A DNA stretch of 64,000 nt, from positions 35,712,001 to 35,776,000 of the forward strand of contig OX597837.1 of NCBI GenBank assembly GCA_951406725.2, in the 5' to 3' direction. Below the pieces are notes generated by a model. The model worked only from the letters and a program-made list of their open reading frames with translations, did not search any database and had not been told where the DNA came from. The position numbers and the translations under genes are program-made. Source of the stretch: Octopus vulgaris (Eukaryota). Positions 1 to 12,230 of this stretch are shown here, piece by piece (within the stretch, counting starts at the first letter, position 1; each line of letters starts with the position of its first letter).

Positions 1-469
1 TCCAATTGCCTGTTGTGGGATGGTTTCCACAACAGGATGCCCTTCCTGATACCAACCACTTAAGTGTGTGCTGGGTGCTTTTTATGTGACTCTGTCATGG
101 GTGCATTTATGCAGCACCAGTATTGGTGTATTTATGCAGCACAGACACAAGTGCATTTATGCAGAACCAACATAGGTGCATTTACGGAGTATGGATGCAG
201 GCGTGTCTACACAGCATGGATGCGGGCATGTCTATGCAGTGCGGGCATATCCACGCGGCACTGGCTTGGGTGCTTTTTAAGTGGCACTGGCACCTGAAGG
301 GCGAAGTCTTGCTTTTTAAGCCTTATACTTATTCTGTCATTCTCTTTTGCTGAACCACTAAGTCATGGGGATTGTAAACACACTGACACCTGTCCTCAAG
401 TGATGGGGCATGACGAACACAGGTACACACATACACACACACACACACATGTGTATTTCGTTTCATGTT

Positions 470-645
470 ACTCCAGTGTAACTGGTTGAAAATGGATACT
501 GGTAACAAGTGGTGGGAGTGAGATGGGATTTAACTTTGCAGTGGACTAGCATCCCATCCAGGGGTAAAGTCTCATACTCTGTCTCTTAACACTTCACAGA
601 CAGTAATAGGCACCAGCTTAATGAACCTGTGGTCTGGTCAAGAGA
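470..645 (+). mobile_element. Old, degenerate SINE remnant
   Basis: aaatggatactgg...taactttgcagtggactagcatcccatccagggg resembles the conserved 3' region of widespread invertebrate tRNA-SINEs (recalled, not searched). Confidence 0.45.
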
Positions 646-1052
646 ACAGTCTTTTTAAGAGTGGTGGTGGGGTGCGTCTGCTGATGAAGCTCTGGCCTGC
701 TTATATTAAGGTCAAGTGATTACATCCACACTTTGTCACTGGCCTGTGAGGTCACTACTAATATTAATTCTTGTTCATTTCCTCAGTTCCACTTGTGTGC
801 TAGACATTGCTGACCATTTGATCTTAGTACCACATGCCACTAAAACCACTTGTTAAATGTCCGGCTAGTTTGGCCAGGAACCTCTGTGTGTGTGTGTGTG
901 TGTGTGCGTGCGTGCGCATGCATACATGTGTCCATTGGTTCCTAACCTTTTTTTATGGTAGCCCCCCCCCCCGACTTTAAGTAGTTGTTATGCCTTGTGC
1001 TCACCTAAGTGGTGAGTGAGGTATTACGATTAAACTAACTTAACGTGGTTAA

Positions 1053-1447
1053 TCTCTATATATAAAGCTGAAGTTGTCTGTGTGTGTGTGGCAGGTTTGG
1101 TAGCCTTCAACTAACACTATCTCCTCCGAGATCCTGCGGCACAAGTTGACCAAAATTGAGAGTATGGTAGAAGAAGGCTTGCTCTTCCTTCCGTAGAAGA
1201 AAAAATTCAAATCGGACCATGTTAACACCAAAAATTATTAACATCAAAAAGGTGCTCTTTTTCTATGAAAATCCCTATTTTTTAACGATTTTTTGACTGC
1301 TGTATCACCATTTTTCGGTGTATTTCAACCAGAAAAATGTTCACTTAAAGAGAATAACAAGCTACATAATGCAAAATTTTTACTTTTCAAAAATTCCAAT
1401 TCTAAAGGGTCAAAACAAACCCGAGCAACGCCGGGCGATATTGCTAG
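1053..1447 (+). mobile_element. Non-autonomous Helitron
   Basis: Inserted between A and T with no TSD; 5' TCTCTATATATAAAG; subterminal hairpin cccgagcaacgccggg (1420-1435) then 3' CTAG (1444-1447). Confidence 0.85.
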
Positions 1448-2227
1448 TATTTTATAAATTTCACTCTAAAAATGGATTGTCTAAGCTTTTAACAGTGAAA
1501 CGATAAAATTAGTGAAGGTAAAAGTTATAAATTTACTTTTAGACATTGGAACTTAACCTTTTAGTCATCATAATCGTCCTCATCATTTAACGTCCTCTTT
1601 CCATGCTGGCATGGGTTGGATGGTTTGACAGGAGCTGACCAGGCAGGTGCCCTCACCAGACTTCTGTGACTGTTTTGACAGGATTACAGCTGGATGTCCT
1701 TCCTAAACACCAACCACTCGCCAGAGTGAACTTACTGCTTTTTATGTGCACAGGCGAGGTTAGTTTTGGCAAGGTTTTTACAGCTGGTTGTCCTTCCGGA
1801 CTGGATGCTTTTTAAATGGCACTTGCACTGACAGGTTCACCAAGTACCTTGCAAGACAAAAAAAAAACCCAACCAAAAAGCCTTTGAGATGGGAATGGAG
1901 TATTGGATGAGGTGATCTTGTGTCAGATGATGAAAGATTACATTATTTAATAACATCGAAAAATACTTTAGGAATGAGAACCCAGGTTTGAAATTTCCCC
2001 AAGACACCTGAAACAGCCGAAGCATTGAGTTAACAACAAACAAGATGAGGACAAATATCTGTCAAATGTAAATAAAGTAAATAATTCCTCATCTCTTGAA
2101 TATAGAACTGTATTATCTAATGGGTACGGAGCCGACATTAGACTTCAATGGAGACATATAGACAAGCTCCATCAAAAACTAGCTTGTCTTTCAAACCATC
2201 TAACTTTTCTGTGTAGATGTAGAGACT

Positions 2228-2288
2228 CAGTAGTTAAGAGCGTGGGCTACTAACCCCAAGATTCCGAGTTCGATTCCAGGCAGTGACC
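2228..2288 (+). promoter_or_regulatory. 5'-truncated tRNA-like (Ser-type, ACT loop) Pol III head
   Basis: agtagttaagagc (A-box end), anticodon-like arm gggctactaacccc, B box gagttcgattcc, acceptor-like 3' end cagtgac, followed by an (AAT)n run. Confidence 0.65.
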
Positions 2289-2359
2289 TTAATAATAATA
2301 ATAACAGCAACATCGAAAAATACCTTAGGAATGAGAACTCAGATTTGAAATTTCCCCAA

Positions 2360-2405
2360 GACACCTGATGAAGGCTGGAAGGTATATCAGCCGAAACTTT
2401 GTGTT
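2360..2405 (+). ncRNA. Minimal type I hammerhead ribozyme motif (PLE pLTR type)
   Basis: gacac-CTGATGA(2365-2371)-a-ggctgg/tcagcc stem II-GAAAC(2393-2397)-ttt-gtgtt; stem I acac/gtgt. Stem III is apparently mutated in this copy. Confidence 0.7.
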
Positions 2406-2861
2406 AACTACAAACAAGATGAGGACAAATATCTGTTAAATGTAAATAATGTACCTAATTCCTCATCTCTTAAATATAGAACTGATGAAAGATTGTTATT
2501 CAGATAATTCTGTCCTAAGTAATGCTTATTTCTTCACATTGTTTTGAATTAAACCTACATTATCTTGTAGCTTTGAGATTTCCATTATGGGATTATTTCT
2601 TTTTAGTACGACATTGTATGATAGGTGCAAGAGACTGGATTGGGTCAGTTTGAATAAAAAACAAGAATATTTTGTCTGGATATGGCTGGTTTAAATGCTA
2701 AAGGGTTAATGACTTCCCTGGGCCTGATGAGATCTTGTTTTATTTTAATAACCATCACTAGTTTTATCATGTATAATATAATTACTACTATGCATAAAAT
2801 TTGCTCTATTAATTACGTTCCCTCACTGCTCCCTGAAGCCTAATGCCCCCTTCAACATGCC

Positions 2862-2934
2862 CAGCGTCTAACCCAGAGGTTAGAGCACTGGTCTTGTAAA
2901 CCAGGGGTTGTGAGTTCAGTTCTCACTGGGAGCT
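2862..2934 (+). pseudogene. tRNA-Thr(TGT) pseudogene
   Basis: cagaggttagagcactggtcttgtaaaccaggggttgtgagttcagttctcactggg matches eukaryotic tRNA-Thr(UGU), with an intact anticodon arm ctggt-cTTGTaa-accag. The 5' acceptor strand does not pair. Confidence 0.75.
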
Positions 2935-2950
2935 TTGATGTTACATTCTT

Positions 2951-3175
2951 AAGGTGGTGAGCTGGTGGAACTGTTAGCACGCTGGACAAAATGCTGAGCA
3001 GTATCTCATCCATTGTTACACTCTCTGAGAGTTCAAATTCTGCTGAGGTGGACTTTGCCTTTCATCCTTACGGGGTCGATGGAATAAGTACCAGTTACAT
3101 ACTGGGGGTTGATATAATCAACTAACCCCTCCCCCAAAATTTCAGGCCTTGTGCCTTCAGTAGAAAGGATTATCA
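2951..3175 (+). mobile_element. SINE family B (ggtggtgagctggcagaa head), ATT/ATC-tailed variant
   Basis: Head, B box gagttcaaattc, core gaggtcgactttgcctttcatccttt..gataaaataagtaccag, tail cccctcccccaaaatttcaggccttgtgcct; many copies in the window. Confidence 0.8.
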
Positions 3176-4095
3176 TCACCATCGTTTTTAACGTCCAGTT
3201 TTTCCATGCTTGCATGGGTTGGACAGAATTTATTTGAGGCAGATTTTCTATGGCTGGTGTTGGCGATGACGGTGTTGACAATAAGGATAATGATAACACT
3301 GATGATTGCTAATGTGATGATGATGATCATGCTGATGATGACAACAATGTCTGGTGTCGATAAGATTTCAGTGTTGTAACCAACACCTTTGCTTGTATTA
3401 CACGGGGCTCCCTGGGACCCTTCAGGTGTATTTATATATCCGTTCACATTACACCCTAAATTACCAAAACCTTGTTTAAACCTGTGTTTCGTCGATCCCT
3501 CCCGGGTAAATCCCCTTCACCAGCCCCTTTCCATGCTCTCCCATTACATCATGCCCCTACTTGAATGTTTCAATCCCTCAGAGTCGGTTCTTAGTTTACC
3601 GTTACCATTTATCTCTTGAAAGGAATCAAATGTCATTTACATGAAGATTTCTTAATTTGGGGCAATAAGGAAGCGTGCCTTTGTAAAAAAAGAGGCATGC
3701 ACTCCTGGTTATCTTTTAGCTGTTATTTGTTTGAGTCATTAGACTGTGGCCATGCTGCAGCACTGGCTTGCAGAATTTTAGTTGGGTGGACCTATTGTAA
3801 GTTTCAAATGCTTTGTTTTTGATCTTTTTACCACCTTGGTTTACCTGCTTTTACTTTTTGTTAATTATTGTCCTGTTTAGATATAGGTACAGGCATGGGT
3901 GTGTGGTTAAGAAGTTTGCTTCCCAACCGTATGGTTTCAAGTTCAGTCCTACTTCATGGCACCCTAAATATTCTGTTAGTCTCTCTTGCTGAACTTGCTA
4001 AGTTATGAGGACATAAACACACCAGCACAGGTTGTCAATTGTAGGGGACAAGCATAAACATAGAAATACACACACACACACATACATACATATAG

Positions 4096-4235
4096 CGTTG
4101 GGCCTCACAGAGGCAATGTCAGATGACTGAGACCTTCAGCAATATGCTGTGCTTGAGAAGAAGACCCATCAAGCCAAGAGAAATAGTGGTGTTGTGTATC
4201 TGGCACCCGTGCAAGTGGGACGTGAAAGCAGCCAT
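4096..4235 (+). mobile_element. RTE-clade LINE ORF C-terminus remnant
   Basis: Translates LGLTEAMSDD*DLQQYAVLEKKTHQAK; homologous to 24843-24923. Confidence 0.65.
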
Positions 4236-6046
4236 TACCCTTTAGTTTTGGGTTTATCATGTATTGATGATCCATTTCGCTCCCCAGCCAGAGTGTTTTG
4301 CAAAGACCACATGGTTTGGTTTGTGTTAAATAGTTGTCCAACAGGCTGCACTTCTACATATTTACGAAAACCAACCATCTTTAATACGCACACACACACA
4401 CACACACATACGTATATGTAATTCTGAGATGCAAGGATTTAGGAAGATTTTTAGCTTTGAACAGTCTCAATATGGTCTCAAGACCATATTGAGGTACCTT
4501 TTCCACATAGAATGCTTACAGTACCTTAAGGCTTCCTAAGTGACCAACCATCTGACTATTGCGGAAGATAGACACTGCTTAACTCTAGTGTTGTGCTGAG
4601 GTCTTAGAATCGGTGCTTACAACATGATAGGACTCTTCAACACACATACATACACATAGTTTCAATCTACCAAATCCATTCAGGAGGCATCGGTCAGTCC
4701 CAGAGGTATAGAAGAAACTTGACCAAGGTGCAGTACAGTGTGTTGTAAACTTGAAACCACGTAGTTTCAAAGTGAACTTCTCAACCCCTTAGCCATCCCT
4801 GTACATAAAAAAGAAATTGTTATTCAGCCAAAATGGGGGCAACTAAAAGAAACACACCCACTTACACACAAACACCACCGCACACACATTTTTGTAGCTA
4901 ACCCCTGCAGTTTATTTGGAACAATATAATTTCTTAATCCATCATCATTTCTTGACTTCCTCTGTCTCATCTTCAGGATTTGATGTGTTATTTGGAGAGG
5001 GTGTTGGGAGTGTTATGTGGGTGGGGTTGGGTGGTTGGATGTGTGTGTGTGGAGGAGTTAGATGGGGGTGTATTAGAGGGTGGATGAATGTAGGTGTATG
5101 GGTGTATATATTGTCTGTGTGTCGTGTGTGGATTTAGGTATATGTGAGTTTGTGTTGGTGGGTGGATGTAGGTGTATAGACGTGTGTAGGTGGGTGGATG
5201 TAAGTGTATAGATGTGTGTTGGTGGGTGTGTGTGTGATGGTAGTAGGGGTTGTGTGTGTATGTATGTGTGGGTGTTGAGTGGAGGTAGGTATATGGATGT
5301 GTTTGTGTGTATGGGAGGTTGTGTGTGAATGTGTGTGTTGTGTGTGTGTGCTGAAATGAAAATTGTCAAAGTCCTTTCTCCACTCTCCACCCATTTCAGT
5401 TCTTAGAAATATAGAGAAAAACAAGTCCAAAAGGGGTCAATTGACAAGAAAATTTAAATGACTAATATTGGGTATTTATTGCCAGTCCTACCCCTACTTC
5501 CTGTAACCACAACTATGTGGCAGAAATTAAGGAATTTTACCAAAAATTTAACCCCACCCCATGCACATCACACCCCATCCATAGCAAAATCATGCTCCTT
5601 CCAGCACATGCAATATTAGGGATCAGCTGTCTCTAATCCCCCTTCACCAAGGATGGTGGTGGTGATGGTGGTGCCAGAAGAGGGATGTGAGAAAGGGGCC
5701 GGGGGTGGGGGGTGAGTCACTCTGCTGACTCCCCATAAAATTCTCCTTCCTGAGATTTATGGTTTTCTAATCTATCCTAAATAGAAACGGAATTAATGGA
5801 GGTTAAGCCGCCCCCCCCCCCCCCGGCCTCCCCCACCCGACCCCCAAACTGCTTCTTTCCCTTGTCCCCCACCCCACCCCACCCCTACTTTCCTCTCATT
5901 AGTGTGTGTGTGTGTATATGTGTGAATGAGTCTGATGGGGGAGTGTTATAATTGGTCTTAAATTGCTGTGCATGTAGTGTCTGTCTGTCTGTCTGTCTTT
6001 GTCTGTGTGTCCTTTTCTGTCTGTGTGTCTGTCTGCGTGTATACTT

Positions 6047-6247
6047 ACTTTACTTGTTTCAGTCATTTGACTGCGGCCATGCTGGAGCACCGCCTTTAGT
6101 CGAGCAAATCGACCCCGGGACTTATTCTTTTGTAAGCCCAGTACTTATTCTATCAGTCCCTTTTTGCCGAACCGCTAAGTGACGGGGACGTAAACACACC
6201 AGCATCGGTTGTCAAGCGATGCTAGGGGGACAAACACAGACACACAA

Positions 6248-6287
<40 letters not shown>

Positions 6288-6780
6288 ATATATACGACAG
6301 GCTTCTTTCAGTTTCCGTCTACCAAATCCACTCACAAGATGCCACGCAGTGGGACTGAACCCGGAACCATGTGGTTGGTTAGCAAGCTACTTGTGTATGC
6401 TAATATATGTCTGCTTATATGTATTATTCTAGTCATTTTATTGCAACCAAGCTGGAGCACCACCTTAAGGGGTTTTTAGTCGAGCAAATCGATCCCAGGA
6501 CTTATTCTTTGTAAGCCTAGTACTTATTCTACTAGTCCCTTTTGCTGAACTGCCAAGTTACGGGGACATAAACACACCAACATTGATTGTCAAGTGATGG
6601 TGGTGGGGACAAACATACACACACAAGGGGCTTCTTTCAGTTTCCGTCTACAAAATACACTCGAGGCTTTGGTTGGTCTGAGGCTATAGTTGAAGACATT
6701 TACCCAAGGTGCCATGCAGTGGGACTGAACTTGGAACCCTGTAATTAGGAAGTAAGCTTCTTACCACGCAACCATGGCTG
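6047..6780 (-). mobile_element. Two tandem copies of SINE family A
   Basis: Reverse complement of the ggcgcaggagtggctgtgtggtaag...gcagtcaaatgactgaaacaagtaaaagagt consensus; first copy internally deleted. Confidence 0.85.
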
Positions 6781-6806
6781 CACACGCGCGCACGCGCGCG
6801 CACACA

Positions 6807-6862
<56 letters not shown>

Positions 6863-6941
6863 CTCTCTCTCATACATACATACATACATACATACATTCA
6901 CACATCATTTCACGTCCAGTTTAGGCTAGACAGATATATTG

Positions 6942-7012
6942 TGCCCAACGCGGAGCTTGAACCCGCAACCCTGAGATTGAGTCTCATGTTCTACCAACAG
7001 AACTAACTGGAC
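6942..7012 (-). pseudogene. tRNA-Lys(CTT) pseudogene
   Basis: Minus strand gtccagttagttctgttggtagaacatgagactc--aatctcagggttgcgggttcaagctccgcgttgggca aligns end to end with tRNA-Lys(CUU) but lacks 2 nt of the anticodon. Confidence 0.8.
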
Positions 7013-7108
7013 CATGTGCGCACGTCTGTGTGTTTGATATGTGTCATGCACAAAACCCTCAGATATTTAGTCGTTTTGTAACTTTTACTGATTAATATTA
7101 AATGTAGC

Positions 7109-7110
7109 TA

Positions 7111-7167
<57 letters not shown>

Positions 7168-7482
7168 ATGTGTGTGTCTATATATATATATGTGTGTATG
7201 TGTGTGTCTATATATATATGTGTGTGTATGTGTGTGTCTATATATATATGTGTGTGTATGTGTGTGTCTATATATATATGTGTGTGTATGTGTGTGTCTA
7301 TATATATATATATATGTGTGTATGTGTGTGTCTATATATATATGTATGTGTGTGTCTATATATATATATATATGTGTGTATGTGTGTGTCTATATATATA
7401 TATATGTGTGTATGTGTGTGTCTATATATATATATATATGTGTGTATGTGTGTGTCTATATATATATATATATATGTGTGTA

Positions 7483-7513
<31 letters not shown>

Positions 7514-7594
7514 GTGTGTATGTGTGTGTCTATATATATATATATATGTGTGTATGTGTGTGTCTATATATATATATATATGTGTGTATGTGTG

Positions 7595-7625
<31 letters not shown>

Positions 7626-7766
7626 ACATATATATATATATATATGTGTGTATGTGTGTGTCTATATATATATATATATGTGTGTATGTGTGTGTCTATA
7701 TATATATATATGTGTGTATGTGTGTGTCTATATATATATATATATATGTGTGTGTATGTGTGTGTC

Positions 7767-7797
<31 letters not shown>

Positions 7798-7805
7798 ACA
7801 TATAT
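7109..7805. repeat. Compound minisatellite tgtgtgtatgtgtgtgtc(ta)n
   Basis: About 22 units of ~28-36 bp differing mainly in (TA)n length. Confidence 0.95.
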
Positions 7806-7806
7806 A

Positions 7807-8175
7807 GGCGCAGGAGTGGCTGTGTGGTAAGTAGCTTGTTTATCAACCACATGGTTCTGGGTTCAGTCCCACTGCGTGGCATCTTGGGCAAGTGTCTTCT
7901 GCTATAGCCTTGGGCCGACCAATGCCTTGTGAGTAGATTTGGTAGATGGAAACTGAAAGGAGCCCGTCGTATATATGTATATATATATATATATGCGTGT
8001 GTGTGTTTGTGTCTGTGTTTGTCCCCCTAGGATTGCTTGACAACCAATGCTGGTGTGTTTATGTCCCCGTCACTTAGCGATTCAGCAAAAGAGACTGATA
8101 GAATAAGTCCCGAGTTGCTCGATTTAAAGGCGTTGCTCCAGCATGGCCGCAGTCAAATGACTGAAACAAGTAAAA
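7807..8175 (+). mobile_element. SINE family A (tRNA-derived, internal TA/TG microsatellite; probably one of the described Octopus SINEs such as Twhb/OK)
   Basis: A box tggctgtgtggtaag, B box ggttcagtccc, central (TA)n(TG)n, tail gaaacaagtaaaa; more than 15 copies in the window. Confidence 0.9.
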
Positions 8176-8261
8176 TAGTATATGCACACTCTCGTGTTTT
8201 GAATTCTATTTATCTTGTTTGCACTACCAAACTCTTCTGTGTGTGTGTGTGTGTGTGTGTG

Positions 8262-8304
<43 letters not shown>

Positions 8305-8549
8305 AGACTTGAAATGCTTTGGGCCTTTGTCCTCCTTTCTCTGGAAAAAAATAAAAACAAACAAAACAAACTAGTAATAATTATTAATAAATACTAATTA
8401 GATTGTCGTAAACAAACCGGAATGTACCGGAAGAAGAGTTCATTGGAGACTGGCAGCAGAGGAAGGGTGGGGCTCTTGTGGAGAATTACATTTTGCGACA
8501 TTTGTTGCTTAATGAATGAAATTCTTTGAACCAGGAAAATTCCCTTGGT

Positions 8550-8582
<33 letters not shown>

Positions 8583-8786
8583 GTTTTAAATTTTGCCCCA
8601 AGGCCTGGAATTTGTCGGGAGGGGACTAGTTGATTACATCGACCCCAGTATTTCACTGGAATTTATTTTATTGACCCTGAAAAGATGAAAGGCAAAGTCG
8701 ACCTCAGTGGAATTTGAACTCAGATTGGAGTGACAGGCAAAATACCCCTAAGCATTTTATCTAGCGTTTTAACGATTCTGCCAGCT

Positions 8787-9174
8787 CTCTTTTACTCTTT
8801 TACTTGTTTCAGTCATTTGACTGCGGCCATGCTGGAGCACCGCCTTTAGTCGAGCAACTCGACCCTGGGACTTATTCTTTTTGTAAGCCCAGTACTTATT
8901 CTATCGGTCTCTTTTGCCGAACCGCTAAGTAACGGGAACATAAACACACCAGCATCGGTTGTCAAGCAATGCTAGGGGGACAAACACACACAGGCATATA
9001 TATATATATATACATATATACGACAGGCTTCTTTCAGTTTCTGTCTACCAAATCCACTCACAAGGCATTGGTCGGCCCGGGGCTATAGCAGAAGACATTT
9101 GCCCAAGATGCCACGCAGTGGGACTGAACCCGGAACCATGTGGTTGGTTAGCAAGCTACTTACCACACAGCCAC
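8787..9174 (-). mobile_element. SINE family A
   Basis: Near full-length reverse copy. Confidence 0.9.
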
Positions 9175-9200
9175 AATAATAATAATAATAATAATAATAA

Positions 9201-9663
9201 TTCTATAGTAAATATTCTGCTCAGTGCCACAGATTTGCTTGTCAGTTGTTTGACCTTAATCAGTAGAGCATGTCCCTTGGGGGTTGACAATACGTGCATC
9301 TCTGGTCATGAGCAGAAGTAGTGGGGAAGAACATCATAGCCATGTGTTGAGAGGAATTTGGGGGGGGGGGGTTTGAATAATTCACCTCTGGAAATAGGGG
9401 TGTTTCGTTCAACATCCTTCAACAAACATTATTCAGGGACCTTTTGAGTACGATGGGCTACTTGACCTGAAGAAAATTCTAACTGGGTCCCATCTGCAAG
9501 GTCATGCACTGTTTATCTTGATATAGGATCACCATGTCGCGCACATATGGTTGTGATGCATGTACCTGGTGTACCCTTATCAGATGGGTAGTCATGATGG
9601 GTATGCTGGGTTCGTATATTTTACCCCAGTGTCACTTTGATGGCATGTGCTGCTCGCATGCAG
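9201..9663 (+). mobile_element. Unclassified ~460-bp element embedded in (AAT)n
   Basis: Complex-sequence block with sharp boundaries and (AAT)n on both sides; no ORF; orientation inferred from the long 3' (AAT)n. Confidence 0.5.
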
Positions 9664-10581
9664 TAATAATAATAATAATAATAATAATGATAATAATAAT
9701 AATAATAATAATGATGATAATAATAATAATGATAATAATAATGATAATAATAATAATAATTATAATAATAATGATGATAATAATAATAATAATAATTATA
9801 ATAATAATGATAATAATAATAATAATAATAATAATGATAATAATAATAATAATAATGATAATAATGATAATAATAATAATAATTATAATAATAATGATGA
9901 TAATAATAATAATGATAATAATGATAATAATAATAATAATAATAATAATGATAATAATGATAATAATAATAATAATAATAATTATAATAATAATTATAAT
10001 AATAATTATAATAATAATAATAATAATAATGATAATAATAATAATTATAATAATAATTATAATAATAATTATAATAATAATTATAATAATAATAATTATA
10101 ATAATAATTATAATAATAATTATAATAATAATAATAATGATAATAATAATAATTATAATAATAATAATTATAATAATAATTATAATAATAATTATAATAA
10201 TAATAATTATAATAATAATTATAATAATAATTATAATAATAATAATTATAATAATAATTATAATAATAATTATAATTATAATAATAATTATAATAATAAT
10301 TATAATAATAATAATTATAATAATAATAATTATAATAATAATAATTATAATAATAATTATAATAATAATAATTATAATAATAATAATTATAATAATAATG
10401 ATAATAATAATAATTATAATAATAATTATAATTATAATAATAATTATAATAATAATTATAATAATAATAATAATAATTATAATTAATTATAATAATAATT
10501 ATAATAATGATGATAATAATAATAATAATAATAATAATAATTATAATTAATTATAATAATAATTATAATAATGATGATAAT
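9664..10581. repeat. ~920-bp (AAT)n array with GAT/TAT interruptions
   Basis: Directly visible; source of the poly-N and poly-I ORFs. Confidence 0.97.
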
Positions 10582-11101
10582 CCTTCCGCCTTCAGGTGCA
10601 AAGCTTGCAAAGCTTGTAATTTTGTAGTTCTTGGCTCGTACTTATTTTATCGACCCCCCAAGAGGATGAAGGGCAAAGTCTACCTTGGTGGAATTTGAAA
10701 CAAAGACGAAATGCCATCTCTCACACACGTCCAATGTGTCTTTCCTTGTTCCGTTTGCTCCGTGTCTGCTCCTGAGCCAGTGGACCTAAGATCCAAGGCC
10801 TTCCAGCTCCAGCCATGGCTATCCTATCTTTCTGGCATAGTGTATCTAGGACTATATTATTGCCTGTTAATGCGTCCAACTTTTGGTTTTTTTTATTGTT
10901 TGTAGTGGTTATTATTGATGATGATGATGATGATGGTGGTGATGTGTATTGATGAAAATGGTGGTGGTGGTGGTGGTGGTAGTCATGGTGGCGAGGGTGG
11001 TGTTTGTGGTAGTAGTGACGAGGATGTTCTAGCCCCAAGTTGATGAGAATTAATGATAGATGATGTGTATGTGTATGTGTGTGTGAATGAGTGTGCATAT
11101 G

Positions 11102-11146
<45 letters not shown>

Positions 11147-11280
11147 GAGAACCTGCTTTTCCTTTACAGGAAACAGATGGAACTTGAGAATAGAAAATAA
11201 TAAAAAAAAAACCCCATAGAAAGCAGGAGGGGACGATTGCAGTTATACTTTTGTGTGTGTCTGTGTGTGTGTGTGTGTAG

Positions 11281-11513
11281 ATATATATATATATATGTAT
11301 ATATATGTGTATATGTGTATATATGTGTATATGTATATATATGTGTATATGTATATATATGTGTATATGTATATATATGTGTATATGTATATATATGTGT
11401 ATATGTGTATATGTGTATATATGTGTATATGTGTGTGTATATGTGTATATATGTGTATATGTGTGTATATATGTGTATATGTGTATATATATGTGTATAT
11501 GTATATATATGTG

Positions 11514-11545
<32 letters not shown>

Positions 11546-11630
11546 TGTATATATGTATATATATGTATGTATATATGTATATATATATATGTATATATAT
11601 ATATTTATAGAGAGAGAGAGAGAGAGAGAC
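11281..11630. repeat. (TA/TG) compound microsatellite with ~18-bp subunit
   Basis: Repeated gtatatatatgtgtatat units followed by (GA)n. Confidence 0.9.
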
Positions 11631-11775
11631 ACGTACATGTAGATATGTGTGTTAAGCACACATGCACATACAAACATGATATATATACTTACATGTTTAT
11701 AACAAATACACATAATGATGTAGACAAACATAATTAGTCTTGATATATATATATATATACACACCCACACACATA

Positions 11776-11985
11776 CAGGGTGGCCCAAAAGTAGGTTTAC
11801 AGTCATTCAACTATCTCTTTCGCATTCATATATTAACAGTTTAGATCTTAATTATTAAAAAATATGAGACCGTTATTCTATGCTAATTTAGTTAATTGTA
11901 AGATAGAAATTTAAATGTAATAAAATGCTTTAAAAGATACTTAGTGCCTACGTGATAACTGTAAACCTACTTTTGGGCCACCCTG
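11776..11985. mobile_element. Tc1/mariner MITE, 210 bp
   Basis: Perfect 28-bp TIR cagggtggcccaaaagtaggtttacagt with TA on both sides. Confidence 0.92.
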
Positions 11986-12016
11986 TATATTCACATATAT
12001 ATATATATATATGTGT

Positions 12017-12177
12017 GTAGGAGTGGCTGTGTGGTAAGTAGCTAGCTTACCAACCACATGGTTCTGTTTCAGTCCTACTGCGTGGCACCTTGGGTAAGTG
12101 TCTTCTACTATAGCCTCAAGCCGACCAAAGCCTTGTGAGTGGATTTGGTAGACGGAAACTGAAAGAAGCCTGTCGTA

Positions 12178-12230
<53 letters not shown>

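Larger units (their letters stand above)
1940..2482 (+). mobile_element. Penelope-like element composite: pLTR - ORF N-terminus - tRNA-like head - pLTR
   Basis: Two ~160-bp direct repeats (about 1950-2111 and 2328-2484). Between them YGADIRLQWRHIDKLHQKLACLSNHLTFLCRCRDS (2125-2229) resembles the Penelope/Poseidon ORF N-terminus. Flanked by direct repeat tgatgaaagatt (1928-1939, 2483-2494). Confidence 0.75.

Noticed and set aside
7110-7907. CVYI/HTYI-rich ORFs here and at 11.2, 20.5, 34.2, 42.2, 44.7 and 59-61 kb
   Set aside because: Dinucleotide microsatellites lack stop codons by composition.
9534-10550. Poly-Ile and poly-Asn ORFs
   Set aside because: Translations of (AAT)n.
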